DNA from: Cyanobacteriota bacterium
GTDB taxonomy: Bacteria; Cyanobacteriota; Vampirovibrionia; Vampirovibrionales; Vampirovibrionaceae
Assembly (NCBI GenBank): GCA_019751815.1
Contig: JAIEMW010000004.1
Span: 41,933-105,932 of the forward strand
Reading direction: 5' to 3'
Length of the DNA stretch: 64,000 nucleotides
Position 1 is the stretch's first letter; every line of letters starts with the position of its first letter. The position numbers were made by a program, and so were the translations under genes. The notes below the pieces were generated by a model, which was given only the letters and a program-made list of their open reading frames with translations, ran no database searches and was not told where the DNA came from. This document shows, piece after piece, positions 58,547-64,000 of this stretch.

Positions 58547-58669
58547 GGCGCTGTGTTGGGAAACCGGGTGAAACGCCTGGACTGTGCCGCAACTGTAACT
58601 TGTCCCCCCCCCTTAGACTGAGAAGATTAGACTAAGAAGACAAGAAGTCAGAACACCAACGCTGCAGCC
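58547..58669 (+). ncRNA. Cobalamin (B12) riboswitch
   Basis: GGGAA..GGTGAAA..CC..ACTG..CCGCAACTGTAA core and 3' AGTCAGAACACC; closing stem GTTGG/CCAAC and inner stem CTTGTC/GACAAG. Confidence 0.88.
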
Positions 58670-58849
58670 GCTGAATTTTCATTTTTTTCGACTCACCATT
58701 ATTGCTGTACCCCCCTGCGAGCACAGGGCGTATCCGAGCATCATGTATTGAGTTTGCCGCTTCCCATAGGAAAGCTGGCAATGCCCGGTCTTCGCGCCTG
58801 ACTCTCTGGGAAATTTCCTCTCTCAGGAGACCCCCATTCAGGAGACTTG

Positions 58850-60229
58850 ATGCAACCGGTCACCAACAGTTTTTATAGCACGATCAGCCTGCCTCAAAGG
58901 TCGTCTTACACTGCAAATACTCAGGCTTTTCAGGCTCGCACTGCCCCCACTGCGGCTGTAACCGAAACACCAGAACCCTTGGCGATTTTTCCATCAGTGG
59001 GCAAAGCGGTTGGATTAGTAAGCGCTGGATTTTTAACTGCCTTATCTGGCCATTGGCTACTCTCCTCTTCTGGAAAACCCTTTAAGTCAGTCCTTCCAGC
59101 TATGCCAGGTGTCGCTTCTGCTCAACGAGAGCACCAGGTCTATTTGTCACTCAATGATAACGCCACCTCGTTGATGGGGATGGCGTTTTATAATCCCGCT
59201 CTGCGCGGTACTCTTGTTGCCTACGTTGGCGCCAGTGTGCTTGGGTATCTTGCCACCAGTGTGTTGCAAGGCACTCAAGAGGCCTGGGTGCGTCAGCGTG
59301 AAACCGACATTCGGGCGCAACTGGTAGAGCGTCTTCACCAGGTATTCCGCACCAGCATTCAAAAAAAACAACAGGCTGATGCCTCACTCAAAGACGGCGC
59401 CAAGGCCAACATCCGCGCTCTGCTTGTCAAGCACCATATCACCAACCCAGATGCGTTTTTGGTGGACTGGGCTCAGCCAGAATCTGAGGCTGCTCGCCAA
59501 CGCATTGGTTTTGAGCCAACACACCGAACTGTCACCACCGCGTTTGATTCTGGCAGCCGGCGCTTTTCTCGCGGCTTTGCATTTCAAGGACTGTCGAATC
59601 CAGACCCGCAAGGCTTTAGCCAAAACCTTGGTTTCAACGCCGATGAACAGCAGCTTGCCTGGGCGATTCAAGGTGGCCTCTTCACAGCAGGGCTGGCACT
59701 GGGCGGGATTGTCTGCGGCGTTCGTCAGTGGTTCAATAAACGGCTGCGCTCAGCCGCAGCCATTGTCCAAAGTCAAAAACCCCTCTCAAAAAGACTGAAG
59801 AACACAGCGCCCGTCCAACACAAAGTCATCGAAACCATCAACGCGATGAATCTAGAAGCGCTCTTTCTGATGAAAGACAAACGGATGCTCGGACTCTTTT
59901 TGGTGCTTGGCGCGGTGGGACAGATAGGCAAATTGGTGTTAGACGGCCTGAGAAACATTGAAGTAACCCGCGTCAACGCCATCACCGAATACCGCTATCA
60001 GGCAGAGAACTGGCTCCGCAGAGACCCCGGGTTTCACCAGATTGCCGAAGAAGAAGCCTTGCGCCACGAGCTTGCGCTGCTGGAAAAAGACTTACCACTG
60101 CTGAGACAAGCCCCCAGCGGCGTATTACAACAGCGGATACAAACCCTATTAACCAATATTGGCCGTAATTCTGCACCCAAGTACTTCCTAATGACCCCAC
60201 CGGTCAATCTGGTGGACGCCCGAAGTTAA
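58850..60229 (+). CDS. Unknown membrane protein with internal duplication, downstream of the B12 riboswitch
   Basis: About 460 aa, four hydrophobic segments in two similar halves; AGGAG RBS before ATG 58850. Confidence 0.82.
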   Translation: MQPVTNSFYSTISLPQRSSYTANTQAFQARTAPTAAVTETPEPLAIFPSVGKAVGLVSAGFLTALSGHWLLSSSGKPFKSVLPAMPGVASAQREHQVYLSLNDNATSLMGMAFYNPALRGTLVAYVGASVLGYLATSVLQGTQEAWVRQRETDIRAQLVERLHQVFRTSIQKKQQADASLKDGAKANIRALLVKHHITNPDAFLVDWAQPESEAARQRIGFEPTHRTVTTAFDSGSRRFSRGFAFQGLSNPDPQGFSQNLGFNADEQQLAWAIQGGLFTAGLALGGIVCGVRQWFNKRLRSAAAIVQSQKPLSKRLKNTAPVQHKVIETINAMNLEALFLMKDKRMLGLFLVLGAVGQIGKLVLDGLRNIEVTRVNAITEYRYQAENWLRRDPGFHQIAEEEALRHELALLEKDLPLLRQAPSGVLQQRIQTLLTNIGRNSAPKYFLMTPPVNLVDARS

Positions 60230-60246
60230 CCCGTTATTGGGGCAAT

Positions 60247-60999
60247 TTATTGAGGGCTGAGCAAGTATTGGTAAGAGTAAGGCACCACTTGCTGCGTCAG
60301 TTGCTCCAGGGCATCGGCGTACAAGCGGATTTCATACTGGGCCCCGGGATGCTTTCGCAGGTGGATAAAATTCACCAAAGCCTGTAGAGAGGCTGTCCAG
60401 TAAAACTCGGTGTAAATCGAGAGCGGCAGTAAGCCTCTGGCTTGTTCTCTGGCCACACCGGCGGCGATCATCTCTTGGTAGAGTTTCAAGGCACCTTCAC
60501 ACTGCTGTATATAGGCTTTTTGAAGCTCATTTTTTGGATCGTCCACGCAAGCATCAAGAGACGCCTGCTTATTGTCCGTGGATTGGGCCCGAAAACCATC
60601 AGGCACATAAAAATCAAATTCTGAGGCATCCACATAACGCAGACTCACCTCATTCCAGGCATGATCCACACTGGCCGCTTCGGTGTAAGCAATCCCCACC
60701 ACGTGTTTATACCATTGACGGGCCACAAATTCTGGGACTTTACAATGGAACTGGAGCTGCACATGCCGAAAAGGACTCCAATGCTTGTGCTCAGCCAGAT
60801 ACTTAATGAGTTTAATGTCCCCGTCACTAAGTTCTGTTTTTCTTTTCCCAAAAGAAACCCGGGCGGAGTTGACCACGGTGAGATCATTCCCCAAAGACCC
60901 GATCAGCTCAACAAAGCCGTGATCCAACACCGGAATATTGGCGGCATTAGTTGCAGAACACGCACTCATAGGGTCTTCAATCTTGATGGGGGGTGTCAT
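60247..60999 (-). CDS. thyX: FAD-dependent thymidylate synthase
   Basis: NSARVSF, HWSPF, FVARQWYKH, NEVSLRY, REQARGLLP, AQYEIR. Confidence 0.95.
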   Translation of the reverse strand: MTPPIKIEDPMSACSATNAANIPVLDHGFVELIGSLGNDLTVVNSARVSFGKRKTELSDGDIKLIKYLAEHKHWSPFRHVQLQFHCKVPEFVARQWYKHVVGIAYTEAASVDHAWNEVSLRYVDASEFDFYVPDGFRAQSTDNKQASLDACVDDPKNELQKAYIQQCEGALKLYQEMIAAGVAREQARGLLPLSIYTEFYWTASLQALVNFIHLRKHPGAQYEIRLYADALEQLTQQVVPYSYQYLLSPQ

Positions 61000-61143
61000 T
61001 GCCGAGCCCTCTCTATCTTATATTAACGGGATTTTATTCTTGGACAAAAAATCCTGTTTCGATTCTATCGTTAAGCCGAACGCCATGGTTAAATTACGAA
61101 CGGATGTTAATGCACACAATATGAGTTTTGACTTGATTTCCTC

Positions 61144-62067
61144 ATGGCCTCAATGAAAGCACCCTTTAAACACTTAAGCGTGATTGGCTTTGGGCTGATC
61201 GGGGGATCTTTTGCGATGGCCGCACGAAGTGTCTACCCGGATTTATGGATTCAAGCCATTGATCCCAGTAGCCAGACACTGCAGTATGTCCTGCATCACG
61301 AGATCATCAATGAGGCATCGCTAACACTGCCAGACAGTTTTGCAGACGATCATTTGATTGTGCTGGCCACGCACCTTAATCAGAGCCTGGACATCCTGGC
61401 ACAAGTGGCACATCGTGTGGAAAATAAACCCATCGTTGTCACTGATATAGGCAGTTGCAAGCGGGCGATTTGTTCCCGAGGGGAGACCCTGCTGCCGCAC
61501 CAATTTATTGGTGGGCATCCCCTGGCCGGTAAAGAAAAAAGTGGGATTGAGTATGCCAGTGCCCTGTTATTTACGGGGAAGCCCTATGTATTGTGCCCTT
61601 CAGCATCCGTCTTCAGTGGTCATCTTCAGGCAAACCAGCATTATGAGCAGCTCAAGCTGTTTTTAAACGGCTTGGGGGTGCATCTTAAAACCCTGGATCC
61701 AGACAGCCATGATCGATACATGGCCTACATGAGCCATTTCCCACAATTGTACGCCATTCTCCTCACCAATTTACTCTATCAACACGAGCCTGGAAGGATG
61801 TTGGGTTTTCATGGCGGCGGTATTGATGACCAAATGCGACTTTCTGCCAGCCCGTATCCTATGTGGCGAGATGTTTTTGAGCAGAATCACGACTATATCA
61901 CCCAAGTTTTACGAGAGTTTCAGACCCTAACTGCTGAGAGTCTCCAGGCGTTGGGAGCGGTCGATCCAGCAGGGGCGCTCAAGCAAGATAAGGCCAAAAT
62001 GAATCTCTGGTTTGACCGGGCACACCGGATTCATCAGGAGTTTTATCAAACCCGGGGCCAGACTTAG
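61144..62067 (+). CDS. tyrA: Prephenate/arogenate dehydrogenase
   Basis: GFGLIGGS, TDIGSCK, GGHPLAG.E.SG, HD...AYMSHFP. Confidence 0.93.
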   Translation: MASMKAPFKHLSVIGFGLIGGSFAMAARSVYPDLWIQAIDPSSQTLQYVLHHEIINEASLTLPDSFADDHLIVLATHLNQSLDILAQVAHRVENKPIVVTDIGSCKRAICSRGETLLPHQFIGGHPLAGKEKSGIEYASALLFTGKPYVLCPSASVFSGHLQANQHYEQLKLFLNGLGVHLKTLDPDSHDRYMAYMSHFPQLYAILLTNLLYQHEPGRMLGFHGGGIDDQMRLSASPYPMWRDVFEQNHDYITQVLREFQTLTAESLQALGAVDPAGALKQDKAKMNLWFDRAHRIHQEFYQTRGQT

Positions 62068-62161
62068 GGGCAAATCCTGGTCCCCTCATGTCAGTTTCAG
62101 GCCAGTCTTGGGGGGCCGCTTGCCAAGCCCATCCCTTTTGCTATACCCTTATGATCCTCCT

Positions 62162-62237
62162 GGGGCATTAGCGCAGTTGGTAGCGCGTCTCAATGGCATT
62201 GAGAAGGTCAGGAGTTCGAATCTCCTATGCTCCACCA
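62162..62237 (+). tRNA. tRNA-Ala (GGC)
   Basis: Cloverleaf GGGGCAT/ATGCTCC with G3:U70, anticodon arm TCTCA-ATGGCAT-TGAGA, GTTCGAA T-loop, encoded CCA. Confidence 0.98.
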
Positions 62238-62275
62238 AAAAACCCCCGAGCCTAAAAAGCATTGGGGGTTTTTTG
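62237..62275. terminator. Bidirectional intrinsic terminator
   Basis: AAAAAACCCCCGA...TTGGGGGTTTTTT between the tRNA and a convergent gene. Confidence 0.75.
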
Positions 62276-62291
62276 TTGTCTATTTTATTGC

Positions 62292-62591
62292 TTATTTTTG
62301 AGGAGCTGTAGGTGCCTGCGCCGGCGTTGTTTGAGAAGATGGCTGCGGGGCACTATTCCCATTTGCCCAATTCAACACCTTGTTAGCACCAGCAAATGCC
62401 AAACCAATAGCCACTAAGATACCCAGTGGGTATAGAATTTCCTTTACGTCGCCTAAGAAGCCTTCTTCTTTGTTGGGATCTGAGCTATTTCCTGCGAAAA
62501 AAGGCTGTTGCTGTTTGGGTAACTGCGGGCGCAGGGCTTGGGATTGTCGGGTTGGTGAAAAAGCGGTTTGCACGTTAGAGAATATTTTCAT
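62292..62591 (-). CDS. Small single-TM hypothetical protein with Q/P/S-rich leader ending PFFAG
   Basis: ATG 62591 with AAGGAG RBS; TM ILYPLGILVAIGLAFAGA. Confidence 0.72.
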   Translation of the reverse strand: MKIFSNVQTAFSPTRQSQALRPQLPKQQQPFFAGNSSDPNKEEGFLGDVKEILYPLGILVAIGLAFAGANKVLNWANGNSAPQPSSQTTPAQAPTAPQK

Positions 62592-62630
62592 GATGTAACA
62601 CTCCTTAAAAAACACTCTTTCAATATTAAA

Positions 62631-63569
62631 TTAAGGCTTTTCTGCTTTGGCGATCACTGCTTTCAATTGCTCAGTGGTGATTTCTTGGACATCTTCCATA
62701 ATGATACTGGTCGGTGCATCCGGGTTGGAGAGTGCATCTGGGGCAATCCCTTTGATCGCATCTTTCACCACAATGGGGGTAATGCCCAACATTTTTAAGA
62801 ACGCCACGGCACCTCGGACGCAGTAATCCGTTGCCACCCCGTAAACCAGGGCCACGTTACGGCCCGATTTTTTGAAGTTATTAAAGAGTTGATAGGCCTT
62901 GGCGTTGTCCACAATGTCGAGGATAGGGGCTTTGGTCTCTGGGTGTTCCCCAATAATCCCGCGGTGTTTATCCACATCAATTGCATTTTTTCGGATCTCA
63001 AAGGTGGTTCCTTCAGCAACCAAGGTTTTAATTTCTTCCGCTGAAGGCACATCTTTGATGGATTGTGCTTCATCAATCACATGCACGCTGTTGCTAATAT
63101 TGGCACCATCGACAAAATCCCAACCCGGGGTTCCCTTCACACAGTGGCGCTTGGAGAACGTTCTAAAGATGCTGAATTCCGCATCATTGGTCTCATGGGT
63201 ATCTATGGATAAAATATGCAGGATGGAAAAGGGTTTTTTGCCCAACACAAAATCTGCAATTGCATTGGTTAAGCGTTGCACAAAGGCAATCACTTCCTCT
63301 GCCCCAGGGACGTATAATCCGTCAAACAAACCGTTTTTAATTTGATGCCGTGGGAGCATAAAGTCTTTTTGGAGATCCACCCCGTAAGCCATCACCCGGT
63401 TCTCACGAAGCGCGGTGACCAAGGCGTCTGATGCCTCATCATTCCAGGCTTTCAAACCAAAACGAGGCCCTACTGGAGATTGGGGTGCTTTGCTCGATTT
63501 TGCGGCAGCCAAAGCAAAGGGGCTGACACGGACAGAGAGAGAGTTAACAGGAGGGGAAAAGGTTTGCAT
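62631..63569 (-). CDS. pncA: Nicotinamidase/isochorismatase-family cysteine hydrolase with leader
   Basis: VDLQKDF, LYVPGA, DTH, HCVKGTPGW, K, GVATDYCV; ATG 63569 with GGAG RBS. Confidence 0.85.
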   Translation of the reverse strand: MQTFSPPVNSLSVRVSPFALAAAKSSKAPQSPVGPRFGLKAWNDEASDALVTALRENRVMAYGVDLQKDFMLPRHQIKNGLFDGLYVPGAEEVIAFVQRLTNAIADFVLGKKPFSILHILSIDTHETNDAEFSIFRTFSKRHCVKGTPGWDFVDGANISNSVHVIDEAQSIKDVPSAEEIKTLVAEGTTFEIRKNAIDVDKHRGIIGEHPETKAPILDIVDNAKAYQLFNNFKKSGRNVALVYGVATDYCVRGAVAFLKMLGITPIVVKDAIKGIAPDALSNPDAPTSIIMEDVQEITTEQLKAVIAKAEKP

Positions 63570-63817
63570 CGCCTGGACTCCGTTTTGATAGGTAACTGTG
63601 TTGATTGACCACACGCACAAGAACATTTGTTTGATTTCTTCCCATTGTAGGGCGTCAAGCCATTGAAACAAGTGATTTGCCACATTTGTAACAATTCCGG
63701 CTCTGATTGCTACAGTCTGCTTTGTAAGCCCATTTTCTGGCAGGCGTTTATGCTAGATTTATCTTCAAGTAAATTGAGTTTAAATTACATGTGTGTCCTT
63801 AATTGATGGCTTTCATA

Positions 63818-64000
63818 ATGCAAACATTGTCTCCATTGCCTCAAAATTCGGCGCTCTCTTTAAACGCCCGTTCAGCTGGTGAGAATTCAAGGTCTACTCA
63901 GTCTTTACTAACTAAACCTGTGCTGCTGTTTTCTGGGCTTCCAGAAGAGATTGAAGACACATTAACTCGGCTCAAGCAGATGGCAGCGTCTGGATCTCCC
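63818..64000 (+). CDS. 5' part of a CDS running off the window edge, with leader ending PVLLFSG
   Basis: Manual translation MQTLSPLPQNSALSLNARSAGENSRSTQSLLTKPVLLFSGLPEEIEDTLTRLKQMAASGSP, open to the edge; not in the ORF track. Confidence 0.65.
   Translation, partial: MQTLSPLPQNSALSLNARSAGENSRSTQSLLTKPVLLFSGLPEEIEDTLTRLKQMAASGSP

Noticed and set aside
58604..58612. C9 homopolymer as a phase-variation tract
   Set aside because: Lies in a variable peripheral loop of the riboswitch, not in a CDS or promoter spacer.
62012..62311. 99-aa ORF
   Set aside because: Overlaps tRNA-Ala and its terminator.
62162..64000. Possible island integrated at tRNA-Ala
   Set aside because: No integrase or duplicated tRNA 3' end is visible within the window.

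Overview
Core-genome window, most likely from a non-photosynthetic cyanobacterial relative (Vampirovibrionia/Melainabacteria). This is an inference from a cyanobacterial-style short S1, a SigF-type sigma, GlpX and BtpA, with no photosynthesis genes in the window. It holds many housekeeping genes (frr, cdsA, rnc, trxB, thiL, ispD, ruvA, rplU-rpmA, rpsA, ispH, glpX, folC, dcd, der-plsY-gpsA, purL-purF, metF, gatA, rnhC, thyX, tyrA, tRNA-Ala), a three-gene Sdh1/type-F-like succinate dehydrogenase, a Tad/Flp pilus cluster and a sigF-pilD operon. No CRISPR array, integrase or transposase was seen. The most interesting signals are four. (1) At least eight unrelated proteins carry a non-hydrophobic, S/P/Q-rich N-terminal leader ending in F-G or F-x-G. 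In the P1-nuclease/phospholipase-C-like protein this motif sits directly before the Trp that must be the free N-terminus in that family, pointing to an undescribed leader-processing or export system. (2) A family of ~100-aa helical proteins (L-x3-DK-x-L motif) occurs at two loci, with a shared upstream DNA motif. (3) A cobalamin riboswitch precedes an unknown, internally duplicated membrane protein. (4) HLR1/RpaB-like direct repeats and a pervasive 12-18 bp tandem-duplication signature are present. All family calls come from motif recognition by eye; no searches were run.
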